Below are positions 17,569 to 27,411 of a stretch of 64,000 nt of DNA, piece by piece. The notes under the pieces are model-generated. The model saw only the letters and a list, made by a program, of their open reading frames with translations. It did not search any database and was not told where the DNA came from. Position numbers and translations under genes: made by a program. Origin of the DNA: Clostridia bacterium (GTDB lineage: Bacteria; Bacillota; Clostridia; TANB77; CAG-465); NCBI GenBank assembly GCA_045604405.1, contig JAZUNZ010000048.1, positions 25,939 through 89,938 of the forward strand, in the 5' to 3' direction. Each line of letters starts with the position of its first letter. Positions within the stretch are counted from its first letter, which is position 1.

Positions 17569-18231
17569 ATGTACAGAGTGCGTGTAACTTATACCAAATC
17601 TAAAGAAGCAGCCTTCATACCTGAAAAGGATTTAAAAAAGGTATTAGAAACTGCTATGGTTAGAGCAGGTATATACATCATATATACAAAAGATAATGAA
17701 CCAGATATACAGTTTGCAGATAATATATCACTAGGAATAGAGAGTACATCAGAAATATGTGACATAGCAGTAAAGGAGCATGTTGAACCAGCCTTTATGA
17801 TAAAAGGCTTAAATCGTGAGCTGCCTGTAGGAATGGTAGTGCTTACGGCAGAATATTTGTCAGACAACGACATCCCTATTTCAAATAGTGCATATGCTGT
17901 AACATATGAAATAATACCAGATCTTGGTGACAGAACCAAGATGACAAACCGTGAATATGAAGATAGAAGAAAATGGTATAGATTTAGAATGGAAGAATAT
18001 TTATCTGAAGCAGCTATACTTGTTTTAGTAAAATCTATGGATAGAAGTGAGAGGATAGATATAAAACCAGCCATTTTAAGTTATGAAATGCATATAAACG
18101 ATGCATTAAGAATAACTATATCTAAAGATACACAGTACATATTTAACCCAAATTACATTATGGACGGGTTTAAAGAGTTTGTAAACAGTAACATAGATTA
18201 TACAATAAAAAGAACAAAAATATTGTTCTAA
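17569..18231 (+). CDS. DUF2344/TIGR03936-like radical-SAM-associated protein (tentative)
   Basis: 220 aa. The N-terminal MYRVRVTYTKSKEAAFI.. pattern and the size resemble this family. The assignment is from memory only. Confidence 0.4.
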   Translation: MYRVRVTYTKSKEAAFIPEKDLKKVLETAMVRAGIYIIYTKDNEPDIQFADNISLGIESTSEICDIAVKEHVEPAFMIKGLNRELPVGMVVLTAEYLSDNDIPISNSAYAVTYEIIPDLGDRTKMTNREYEDRRKWYRFRMEEYLSEAAILVLVKSMDRSERIDIKPAILSYEMHINDALRITISKDTQYIFNPNYIMDGFKEFVNSNIDYTIKRTKILF

Positions 18232-18249
18232 CAAAAGATTGGAGAAAAC

Positions 18250-21200
18250 ATGAATCCGCTAGTAAAAGAATTGCCAAAGCATAGCAAATTTAATGAGCTA
18301 TTAAAAAGCATTAAGAACAAAGAAAGTAATTTAAGTATAACAGGACTTACAGACGCATCAAAGGCACACGTTATATATAGTTTATACAACTATAGTGGCG
18401 TGCGCCCAGTTGTTGTGTGTCCAAATGTAACAACAGCTAAAAGATTTATTCAAGATTTGAAATTTTATACAGATAAAGAAGTTGTTTTTCTCCCTGCAAG
18501 AGAAGTTATATACTATGACGTAGATGTGCAAAGTAGAGAAACAAATAACGCCAGAGTATATGCTATATCTAAGCTTGTAAATGATGAAGATATTATACTT
18601 GTAACGACAATAGAGGCTATGTTACAACCAATGTTAGATATTACAGAATATGAAGGCTTGCATCTAAAACTAAAACTTGGAGATAAAATAGACTTAAACA
18701 ATTTAGTTGAAAGATTTTTAAAGCTTGGTTATTTGAGAGAAGAATTAGTAAGTGCAAAAGGACAATTTTCTATTCGTGGGGGAATTATAGACATATTTCC
18801 AATAGATAGCGACATGCCATATAGGCTTGAGCTTTTTGGTGATGAAATAGATAGTATAAGAACTTTTGATACACTTGACCAAAGGAGTAAAGAAACGGTA
18901 GAGGAATTTGAAATAAAATTTTCTACAGAATATGTAATAGACAAGAAAAATATAGAGGTGTTGCAAGATACATTAACAGCTGTGTTAGAGTCAGAAGCTT
19001 CGGAAGAAATTAAAAAGTCTATTGTGCAGGATTTAGACAAAATAGAAAACGGAAATAGCTTAGGACTAATAGATAGATATTTTGACATACTTGTACCAAA
19101 TAATGTAACACTTTTAAATTATTTACAAGATAAATATACAATATATTTTGATGACATATCTAAACAAATAAGTAGATCAGAGACAATAAATTTTGAAAAT
19201 GCAGAGGCTATAAAAGTAGCCGCAACATCCAACGTATATACTAAATATACGTTTAAATACGTTAGCTTCGAAACAATACAAGCGAAGCTAAAAAGCCTAT
19301 CTTCAGTATACTTAAGTAAACTAGGACAAGATAGAGTTTTGCATGCGAAAAGAAAAGAGTACAGCTTTAGCTGTAGGGAGGTCAACTTTTTTCGTAGCAC
19401 AATGGATCTACTTATTAAGGATGTCAAAAAATATAAAGAAGAAGGAAAAATAACAGTTCTTGTTTTTCCAACACAGACAAAAGCAGAAACAATAAAAAAT
19501 ACTTTAATAGATAATGATATACCTGTAAAATATATTTTGGATTTATCTATGATAGATGAACTTAAACCATCTATGGTATACATATGTGTAGGAATCATGT
19601 CATCAGGCTTTGCTTATGATAACATGGGCCTCGTTGTTATTGCAGAGAATGTATCTGGAATAGTAACGGATAAGAAGAAAAGCTCTAAAGATTTTATTGG
19701 CGACATACTAAACTCATATGAAGATTTAAAGGTTGGAGATTTTGTAGTTCATATAAATCACGGTATTGGAAAATATATGGGCGTGGAAACTGTGGAAACA
19801 GCAGGTGTAGTAAAAGACTACATGAAGCTTGAGTACAGAGATGGTGGAACGCTATATATCCCTATAACAAACTTAGACAGCATAAAAAGATATGTATGTG
19901 AAGAAGGCTTTAAGCCTAAGCTTAATAAGCTTGGAACGAAAGAGTGGGAGGCTACTAAACTTAAAGTTACAAAACATGTAAGCGATGTAGCCAAGGAGCT
20001 TGTTTTGCTTTACGCCTTAAGAAGTAGAGCACAAGGCTTTGCCTTTTCTTGCGACACACCTTGGCAAAAAGAATTTGAAGCAGATTTTGAATATGAATTA
20101 ACAGATGATCAAGCTCGCGCTATAAAAGAGATGAAGCAAGATATGGAAAGTGCACGTCCTATGGATAGACTACTTTGTGGTGATGTTGGATATGGTAAAA
20201 CAGAGGTTGCAATTAGAGGTGCTTTCAAAGCTGTTATGGATTCAAAACAGGTAGCATATTTGGTGCCTACTACAGTTCTATCTTTGCAACAGTATAATGT
20301 ATTTAAAGAAAGAATGGAAAAGTTTGGCGTTAAAGTAGAGATGCTAAGCAGGTTCAAAACAAAAAAGGAGCAAGAGCAAATAGTAAAAAAACTAGAATTA
20401 GGTGAAATAGACGTAATTGTTGGAACTCATAGAATTCTATCTAAAGATGTTAAGTTTAAAGACTTAGGTCTGCTAATAATAGATGAAGAACACAGATTTG
20501 GAGTTGAAGATAAAGAGAAAATAAAGAAGTACAAGAACAATGTAGATGTATTATCTATGACAGCAACTCCAATACCAAGAACACTTCATATGTCTATGAT
20601 AGGAATAAGAGATGTTTCAGTTATTTCTGAGCCACCACAAGAAAGACTTCCTGTGCATACATATGTATCAGAATATAATCCAGGCATGTTAAGTGAAGCA
20701 ATAGAAAAGGAGCTATCTCGAGATGGTCAGGTGTTTTATATTAGTAATAGGGTAGAAAATATAGAAAGTGTTGTAGCGAAAGTAAAGAGTCTAGCACCAG
20801 AAGCAAGAGTTGCATTTGCTCATGGAAAGATGACACCAAATCAAATAGAGGATACAATGCTAGATTATATGAATAAGAATACAGACATTTTGGTTTGTAC
20901 AACTATACTCGAATCTGGCATAGATATACCTAATGCCAATACAATAATTATAGAAAATGCGGATAAATTGGGACTAGCTCAACTTTATCAAATAAGAGGT
21001 AGAGTAGGACGCTCTAATAGGCTTGCTTATGCCTATGTTACATATAATAGAGGCTCGGTACTTACAGAGGAAGCATCAAAAAGACTTAATGCAATTAAAG
21101 ATTATAGTGAATTTGGTAGTGGCTTTAAGATAGCACTTCGTGACTTAGAAATAAGGGGTGCAGGAAATGTGCTTGGCGCTGAACAACATGGCCATATGAT

Positions 21201-21666
21201 GATGGTGGGTTACGATATGTATGCGGCTCTTTTAAACAAGGCGGTAGAAAAGGAAAAATTAAGGATAGATAGTACAGAACCTATAGAAAAAGGTGAGATA
21301 AAAATATCTTTAGATGTTTCTGCAAATATTCCAAATGACTATATATCTGATCCAATGATAAAGATAGAAATGTATCAAAAATTATCTAATGCAGAAGCTG
21401 AAGATGGTTTAGAGAATGTAACGGATGAATTAATAGATAGGTTTGGGGACATACCAAAAGAAACGTTAAATCTAATAGAGATAGTAAGAATAAGAAACAA
21501 ATGTAAAGTTATTGGTATCGATGAAATTAAGATCCAAGGAGACTTTATATGGTTTATCCAAAAACCAAAAAATCACATAAAGTATAGGTTGACAAATGAT
21601 ATTAAACATGATATATTGTCATTTGTAAATAGGACGCTTGATAGCATTATTAGGGATATTAAGTAG
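18250..21666 (+). CDS. mfd: Transcription-repair coupling factor
   Basis: 1138 aa. UvrB-homology N-terminus, CarD-like RID (DLKVGDFVVHINHGIGKY), SF2 helicase motifs (GDVGYGKTEVA, DEEHRFGV, TATPIPRTL) and a TRG region. Confidence 0.96.
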   Translation: MNPLVKELPKHSKFNELLKSIKNKESNLSITGLTDASKAHVIYSLYNYSGVRPVVVCPNVTTAKRFIQDLKFYTDKEVVFLPAREVIYYDVDVQSRETNNARVYAISKLVNDEDIILVTTIEAMLQPMLDITEYEGLHLKLKLGDKIDLNNLVERFLKLGYLREELVSAKGQFSIRGGIIDIFPIDSDMPYRLELFGDEIDSIRTFDTLDQRSKETVEEFEIKFSTEYVIDKKNIEVLQDTLTAVLESEASEEIKKSIVQDLDKIENGNSLGLIDRYFDILVPNNVTLLNYLQDKYTIYFDDISKQISRSETINFENAEAIKVAATSNVYTKYTFKYVSFETIQAKLKSLSSVYLSKLGQDRVLHAKRKEYSFSCREVNFFRSTMDLLIKDVKKYKEEGKITVLVFPTQTKAETIKNTLIDNDIPVKYILDLSMIDELKPSMVYICVGIMSSGFAYDNMGLVVIAENVSGIVTDKKKSSKDFIGDILNSYEDLKVGDFVVHINHGIGKYMGVETVETAGVVKDYMKLEYRDGGTLYIPITNLDSIKRYVCEEGFKPKLNKLGTKEWEATKLKVTKHVSDVAKELVLLYALRSRAQGFAFSCDTPWQKEFEADFEYELTDDQARAIKEMKQDMESARPMDRLLCGDVGYGKTEVAIRGAFKAVMDSKQVAYLVPTTVLSLQQYNVFKERMEKFGVKVEMLSRFKTKKEQEQIVKKLELGEIDVIVGTHRILSKDVKFKDLGLLIIDEEHRFGVEDKEKIKKYKNNVDVLSMTATPIPRTLHMSMIGIRDVSVISEPPQERLPVHTYVSEYNPGMLSEAIEKELSRDGQVFYISNRVENIESVVAKVKSLAPEARVAFAHGKMTPNQIEDTMLDYMNKNTDILVCTTILESGIDIPNANTIIIENADKLGLAQLYQIRGRVGRSNRLAYAYVTYNRGSVLTEEASKRLNAIKDYSEFGSGFKIALRDLEIRGAGNVLGAEQHGHMMMVGYDMYAALLNKAVEKEKLRIDSTEPIEKGEIKISLDVSANIPNDYISDPMIKIEMYQKLSNAEAEDGLENVTDELIDRFGDIPKETLNLIEIVRIRNKCKVIGIDEIKIQGDFIWFIQKPKNHIKYRLTNDIKHDILSFVNRTLDSIIRDIK

Positions 21667-21679
21667 AAAGAGGTATAAA

Positions 21680-22744
21680 ATGGGAAAAGATATTTATGAG
21701 GCAATAAAGCCAGGAAAAACAAGCGAAAAAACAAAAAAAGTTAAAAAACCAGTTAATAAAGATTCTTTAATAATTGGAATCGTAGTAGCTGTAGTATTAC
21801 TTTTAACAGTGGGAATAGTTGCATATTACTTCTGGGGAGTAAACAGCGAAATTTTAGTTTCATATAACGGTGGAAAAATAACAAGAGGAGAATACGAAGC
21901 AATATATAGATATTGGGCGCCACAATTAGTATATTACGGTTGGGATGCAAACGATGTTGATGCAATAGTAGTTGATGAAATATTATTAAATCAAGTAATG
22001 TATAACAAAGCTACAGAGGCTGGCTTTACATTAAGTGAAGAGGACAAAAAAACTGTAGATACTGAATTTGCAAATCAAGACAGTATAGCAGCGTTAAGAT
22101 CAAATGGTATAAATCCAGACATCTTAAAAGAATTTTTCTATAAAAACTCTGTAGTTTCTGCATACTTAGAAGATTATGAAAAAAAGGCTACAACAGAACA
22201 AGTTAAAAACTACATATTAGAAACAGAAGGCGAAGATGCAGATCTAAACCTATACAAAACTAGACACATATTAATTCAAGTAGCTGCTGGTGCTTCGGAT
22301 GATGAAAAAGCAAAAGCTAAAAAAGAAGCTGAAGATCTTCTTGCAAAAATTAAAAAAGGAGAAGACATGGCTAAACTTGCTGAAGAACATTCTGACGATA
22401 CAGGTACTGCTTCAGAAGGCGGAGCTTTCGATATGGTAAATAATGATACAGTAGATGAAGACTATAGAAAAGCAGCTTTATCTTTAAAAGAAGGTAAACT
22501 ATATGGTTCTGTAGTTGAATCAGATTTTGGTTACTTTGTAATCAAACTAGAATCAATTGAAAAAGATGGAAGACTTACAAATAGCACAGATGTAGATTAC
22601 TATGTAAATGATTATATAGATGATACAATAACTGTAGCGTTCAATCCAGAAACTGAAGAAAACAAAAAACAATTAGAGAAAGTAACAGCTGTTGCAAATA
22701 AATTAAATGCAGAGCTAGGAATAGTAACAAATAGTGAAGAATAA
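21680..22744 (+). CDS. prsA: Membrane-anchored parvulin-type peptidyl-prolyl isomerase (PrsA/SurA-like foldase)
   Basis: TM IIGIVVAVVLLLTVGIVAYYF. Rotamase core TRHILIQ..AEEHSDDTGTASEGGAF..FGYFVIKLE. The ATG at 21680 has SD agaggt. Confidence 0.8.
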   Translation: MGKDIYEAIKPGKTSEKTKKVKKPVNKDSLIIGIVVAVVLLLTVGIVAYYFWGVNSEILVSYNGGKITRGEYEAIYRYWAPQLVYYGWDANDVDAIVVDEILLNQVMYNKATEAGFTLSEEDKKTVDTEFANQDSIAALRSNGINPDILKEFFYKNSVVSAYLEDYEKKATTEQVKNYILETEGEDADLNLYKTRHILIQVAAGASDDEKAKAKKEAEDLLAKIKKGEDMAKLAEEHSDDTGTASEGGAFDMVNNDTVDEDYRKAALSLKEGKLYGSVVESDFGYFVIKLESIEKDGRLTNSTDVDYYVNDYIDDTITVAFNPETEENKKQLEKVTAVANKLNAELGIVTNSEE

Positions 22745-23553
22745 TGATAACAAGTAAAGAGAATTCAAAAATTAAATATATCAACAGTCTAAAAAACAAG
22801 AAATTTAGAGACAAATATAACAAATATATTTTAGAAGGAATTAAGCTTGTAGACGAATATATAAGCTCAGAGGGCGTTTCTGCCCCTGAGTTTATTGTGT
22901 TATCTAAAGAGGTTCTTTTAAACAACACTGGTGGAGAAAAAATATATGAAAAGATAAAGGATATGAGTCAACTAATAGAAGTAGATGTAACAGTATTTAA
23001 GTATTTGACAGATACTGAGACACCACAAGGTATTTTAATAGTAATAGATAAAAAGCTAAATTTTATGACTGATCTTTTGAAAGCTATAAATAAAAATGAA
23101 AAGATAATGATATTAGACATGGTATCTGATGCAGGGAATATGGGCACAATTATTAGAACCGCCGTATCATTTAATGTAAAAAACATAATATGCATAAAAG
23201 GCAGCGTAGACGTATATTGTAGTAAAGTAGTAAGAAGTACAATGGGCGCTATAAACAAGCTAAACATATTTTATTTAGACCATAACGAAATAAAGAACTT
23301 AAAAAATAGTTTAAATAGTAATGGCTACAAGTTAATAGCAACAGATTTGAAAGCTGAAAAATATCTAAATGAATATAACGTATCAGACAAACTTATTTTT
23401 GTTTTAGGTAATGAAGCAAATGGTGTGTCAAAAGAAATGAAATCTTTATGTGATGATTATATAAAAATACCAATGGAGATGACACAAGAATCACTAAACG
23501 TAGGTATTGCAGCTGCAATTCTTATGTATGATGTATATACAAGAGGTGAATAA
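22744..23553 (+). CDS. TrmH/SpoU-family RNA 2'-O-methyltransferase
   Basis: SpoU motifs MILDMVSDAGNMGTIIRTA, LGNEANGVS and IPMEMTQESLNVGIAAAILMY. Confidence 0.88.
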   Translation: MITSKENSKIKYINSLKNKKFRDKYNKYILEGIKLVDEYISSEGVSAPEFIVLSKEVLLNNTGGEKIYEKIKDMSQLIEVDVTVFKYLTDTETPQGILIVIDKKLNFMTDLLKAINKNEKIMILDMVSDAGNMGTIIRTAVSFNVKNIICIKGSVDVYCSKVVRSTMGAINKLNIFYLDHNEIKNLKNSLNSNGYKLIATDLKAEKYLNEYNVSDKLIFVLGNEANGVSKEMKSLCDDYIKIPMEMTQESLNVGIAAAILMYDVYTRGE

Positions 23554-23556
23554 ATT

Positions 23557-24651
23557 ATGCCAGCAAGGCTAGATATTAGTCTAAAAAATTTAAAACATAA
23601 TATAGCAGCTTTTAAAGAAAAAATGCTAGAGGGTCAAGAGCTACTTGTAATGGTGAAGGCTGATGCATATGGGGCAGGAATTATTCAATCAGCAAAATGT
23701 TTAGAAGAAGCAGGAGTTAGGCGTTTTGGAGTTGCTTATCTTAAAGAGGCAGTAGCCTTAAGAGAAAATGGAATAGCATCAGAAATTACTGTATTTTCCG
23801 GACTTGCGCCAGAGGAATACTCAAAAGCAATAAATATAGATGCGATATATAGCGTATCGGATTTTAATGTCTTGGAGACTTTAGATAAAGAGGCAAAAGC
23901 TATAGGCAAGAAAATAAAAGTAGAAATTGCTATTGATACAGGAATGACTAGACTAGGCTTTAATAAAGAGGATGTAGAAAGCCTTGCAAAAAATATTAAA
24001 AAATTAGAACATGTTGATATACATGGTGTATATAGTCATTTGTCTCAAGCTGAATCAAACGAAGGCTTTACAAGAAGACAACTTGAAGTTTTTGATAATT
24101 GTGTTGAGACTTTAAAAAACAATGGAATTAGTCCCAAGTATGTGCACATATTAAATAGTGTTGGAATAGTTAGATATAACAGTGAAAAATATAATTTAGT
24201 AAGACTAGGTATTGGGGCATATGGTTACATGCCAGATGATATAAAAAAAGAATTAAACTTAAAAGGAATGTTTAAGCTTACTGTTCCAGTATGTAATATT
24301 AGATGTGTAGAAGCTGGTAGAGAAGTAAGTTATGGTGGGACTTTTTTAACAAATAAACCTGCAAAGATTGCTGTGTTACAGATTGGATATGCAGATGGGC
24401 TTACAAGAACGTTATCTAATAAATATGATGTATTAGTTAATGGAAAACCTGCAAGAATTATAGGAAATATATGTATGGATGCATGTATGATAGATGTTAC
24501 AGATATTGATGTAAAAGTAGGAGATGAGGCAGTTATCTTTGATTTTACAGATGGTAGAATAGAAAAGCTAGCAGATTTTACATATACAATTGTCCATGAG
24601 ATTGCAACAAATATAGGAAAAAGAGTAGATAGATGTTATCATGATGAATAA
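23557..24651 (+). CDS. alr: Alanine racemase
   Basis: PLP-lysine motif VMVKADAYGAG, C-terminal beta domain, 364 aa. Confidence 0.92.
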   Translation: MPARLDISLKNLKHNIAAFKEKMLEGQELLVMVKADAYGAGIIQSAKCLEEAGVRRFGVAYLKEAVALRENGIASEITVFSGLAPEEYSKAINIDAIYSVSDFNVLETLDKEAKAIGKKIKVEIAIDTGMTRLGFNKEDVESLAKNIKKLEHVDIHGVYSHLSQAESNEGFTRRQLEVFDNCVETLKNNGISPKYVHILNSVGIVRYNSEKYNLVRLGIGAYGYMPDDIKKELNLKGMFKLTVPVCNIRCVEAGREVSYGGTFLTNKPAKIAVLQIGYADGLTRTLSNKYDVLVNGKPARIIGNICMDACMIDVTDIDVKVGDEAVIFDFTDGRIEKLADFTYTIVHEIATNIGKRVDRCYHDE

Positions 24652-24690
24652 ATTATAAAAAAGAGTAAAAAATATATACAGGTGACGATT

Positions 24691-25224
24691 ATGTTAGAAT
24701 GTATATATTTTTTTATTATTGGCGCATTTGCAGGTTGGATGTTAGAATGTGTGTTTAAGTTCGTATCTAAAAACTTTGAAAGAACGCCAGGAATATTAAA
24801 CACACCATTTTGTATATTGTACGGTTTAGGTACTGTAGCGCTATCTATGATTATAAATAAAGTTACAAACAATATTTTGTTGCTATTTTTACTTTCAATG
24901 ATTGTTTTAACTGCCATGGAATACGTTACTTTTATTCTCTTAAAGAAAATATATAATGTACAACTGTGGGACTATAAAGATATGACATTTAGCATAAATG
25001 AAAAAGTATGTTTAGAATTTGCTTTAGTTTGGGGTGTGCTTGGTGCGTTATATATAAAATATCTCTTGCCAATACTTACTAACTTTTTTGTAAATGCGCA
25101 AGGCCTAGCTTTAACATTTATGGTATACTTATTGTTTGCAATAATTATAGTAGACTTTATATATTCTAGCTATGTATTAATTAGCAAGAAAAAACGCATG
25201 GAATTAAGTGAAGAAAAAATATAA
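24691..25224 (+). CDS. Polytopic membrane protein (DUF1113 / putative ABC-transporter type IV-like)
   Basis: The ATG at 24691 has SD aggtga. Several TM helices. The MLECVFK pattern recalls PF06541. The terminator agatgtagtgt..acattacatct plus a T-run at 25247-25278 follows. Confidence 0.6.
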   Translation: MLECIYFFIIGAFAGWMLECVFKFVSKNFERTPGILNTPFCILYGLGTVALSMIINKVTNNILLLFLLSMIVLTAMEYVTFILLKKIYNVQLWDYKDMTFSINEKVCLEFALVWGVLGALYIKYLLPILTNFFVNAQGLALTFMVYLLFAIIIVDFIYSSYVLISKKKRMELSEEKI

Positions 25225-25291
25225 AAAGTATTAAATAAAAAATAAAGATGTAGTGTATAAAAACATTACATCTTTTTTAGACACAAAAAAT

Positions 25292-25440
25292 GAGATAACA
25301 GTAGATGATAAAACCCTTATATAAAGGTGGGTATCTGTTGCAACGTTTAGGATTCCCTAATAATTAGGGCATTCAACACCGGTTACAAATTCCTGATTCC
25401 CTATCAAATTGTTGTAGATTTTCATATAATCTGTTATCTC
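25292..25440. repeat. 129-bp segment bounded by perfect 10-bp inverted repeats, containing nested palindromes
   Basis: gagataacag (25292-25301) and ctgttatctc (25431-25440). Inside are GTTGCAAC, the 15-bp palindrome ccctaataattaggg (25355-25369), ACCGGT, and gattcccta at 25351 and 25395. Confidence 0.6.
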
Positions 25441-25579
25441 TATCGTTATTTTATCATGAGATGAATTTAATGTAAATAGTTTTTTAAAAATATACAAAAG
25501 TTGCTAAAAAGAATTAAAATCTATTTAATATATAGACGGTATTAGACATATAATGTCATCAGGGAGGATGATGTGTATT

Positions 25580-26566
25580 ATGAAAAGAACATTATTTATA
25601 GCAAGTCTCATCTTGTTCTTGTTATTTTGCCTTACAACAAATGTATTTGCTGCAGGAAATACTGCAAAAATAGGAAACGCAGAATATGAAACGTTAGATA
25701 AAGCCATTTCGGCAGCGGGAACTGCACAAACAACAATAACCCTTATAGACAATATAGACCTATCTGGGAAATTATCTTTTCCAAAAGGAAGTAATATTGT
25801 ATTAGATCTTAACGGCCAATCTCTTGACGTGCCAACTATTGAGAACAATTATGGAATTGTAGTTGCAGGGAATTTAACAATTAAAGGGAAAGGAACTGTA
25901 ACGCTTGGAATGTATGGAATAGGCGTAAGTGCTACAGGAAATTTAACAATAGAAGATGGTACATATAAATGCCAAACGGGAGATTATTTGTTAGGAAGTT
26001 GGGGTACTGCCACTATAAAAGGTGGGCTATTTGATGGGAATTATTGTATAGCTAATGGCTTTGATGGAGGAACAGTCAAAATTTTAGATGGAACATTTTA
26101 CTCAAAAGAATCAACTATTGTACTAGGTGGAACAGAAATATTTGGGGGAACATTTAATCATAACGTAGATGATTATCTAGCAGAAGGAATAGAAATGAAT
26201 CAATATAATGGACTGTATTATACAGGTAAAATGTACAAAATAACAGTTGCAGGTACAAAAAATGGAGTAGTAGAAACGCTAGCAGAAGCCGTTGCAGAAC
26301 AACCGGTAAAAGTTACTACCAAACCTAATAATGGATATGAAATAGAGCAAATAAAAGTAACAAGTGCAGAAGGCAAGATAATTGCAGTAGCTAGTGGAGA
26401 GTTTGTAATGCCTAGTAGCGATGTTGTAGTTGCAGTGACATTTGAAAAGGTATCGCTAGACAACACGCCAACAACGGGTGGAATAGACATAATAGTTATT
26501 GTATACACAGTTATTGCGCTTGTGTCACTAGCAATAATAATAGCAAAAAGAAAAATTGAAAATTAA
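25580..26566 (+). CDS. Sortase-anchored surface protein (beta-helix-like repeats, Ig-like region, C-terminal sorting signal)
   Basis: Signal peptide MKRTLFIASLILFLLFCLTTNVFA. GNLTIKGKGTVTLG / GNLTIEDGTYK repeats. C-terminal TPTTG + hydrophobic IDIIVIVYTVIALVSLAIII + AKRK. The start is ambiguous (25568, 25571 or 25580). Confidence 0.8.
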   Translation: MKRTLFIASLILFLLFCLTTNVFAAGNTAKIGNAEYETLDKAISAAGTAQTTITLIDNIDLSGKLSFPKGSNIVLDLNGQSLDVPTIENNYGIVVAGNLTIKGKGTVTLGMYGIGVSATGNLTIEDGTYKCQTGDYLLGSWGTATIKGGLFDGNYCIANGFDGGTVKILDGTFYSKESTIVLGGTEIFGGTFNHNVDDYLAEGIEMNQYNGLYYTGKMYKITVAGTKNGVVETLAEAVAEQPVKVTTKPNNGYEIEQIKVTSAEGKIIAVASGEFVMPSSDVVVAVTFEKVSLDNTPTTGGIDIIVIVYTVIALVSLAIIIAKRKIEN

Positions 26567-27299
26567 AGTAATATTTATTACGAGTTTAATAGCGCTAGCT
26601 TGTAGATTAACAGCAAATTATTTTAACTCTAGTGCAGATAGAAGCATAAGAAAAGAATTAATATTTGCATATGAACAAGCAGAACAAGAGGTGCCAAAAA
26701 TAAAGGGAAATATAAAAAAAGAAAAGTTAAAACAATTACAAAAAATAAATTCAGATATTATTGCAATATTAACAATAGAAGGAACCAACATAAACTATCC
26801 TGTTGTGCAGACAAAAGACAACAGTTATTATATGACGCATAATTACAAAAAGGAAAAATCGAAAGATGGAGCACTGTTTTTAGATAAATCTTATGACTTA
26901 GAAAAACCAAGTACTAATTTTTTAATTTATGGACATAACAACGTAGGAAGCAAAGAGATGTTTTCGGATCTTGTTAAATATAAAAAAGAGGACTTTTATA
27001 AAAAACATAAAACAATTAATTTGGTGACAAGTAAAGAGGATGCCTGTTATGAGATTATAAGTGTTTTTTTATCAAGAGTATATTACCAAACAGAAAAAAA
27101 TGTTTTTAGATATTACTATTTTATAGATGCATATAATAAAGAACAATTCGATAGCTTTGTAACAAGTGTAAAAAATGCCAGCCTATATAACACGGGGAAA
27201 TCTGCAGAGTATGGAGACGCACTAATTACCCTATCTACTTGTGACTACTCACAACCTAACGGAAGGCTTATTGTAATAGCAAAAAAGATAACAGATTAA
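26556..27299 (+). CDS. srtB: Class B sortase
   Basis: N-terminal TM. ILTIEGTNINYPVVQ, LIYGHN (His), TLSTCDY (Cys) and a conserved Arg region. TTG start overlapping the substrate gene by 11 nt. Confidence 0.88.
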   Translation: MKIKVIFITSLIALACRLTANYFNSSADRSIRKELIFAYEQAEQEVPKIKGNIKKEKLKQLQKINSDIIAILTIEGTNINYPVVQTKDNSYYMTHNYKKEKSKDGALFLDKSYDLEKPSTNFLIYGHNNVGSKEMFSDLVKYKKEDFYKKHKTINLVTSKEDACYEIISVFLSRVYYQTEKNVFRYYYFIDAYNKEQFDSFVTSVKNASLYNTGKSAEYGDALITLSTCDYSQPNGRLIVIAKKITD

Positions 27300-27411
27300 A
27301 ATTAAAAAATATAAAAACAAATACGTCTTTTTACTTAATTATTTTATATAAACGTGTAGCAATAAAATTTTACTTGTGATAATATATAATCATAGATTTT
27401 AGGAGGTACAT

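Noticed and set aside
25283-25552. A c-di-GMP or other known riboswitch in front of the sortase-substrate gene
   Set aside because: I looked for remembered conserved cores (GEMM-I GGCAAA/GACGCAAAGCC, ykkC, TPP, purine and others) and none is present. The symmetry elements look more like DNA sites. The region is kept only as an unexplained inverted-repeat-bounded segment.
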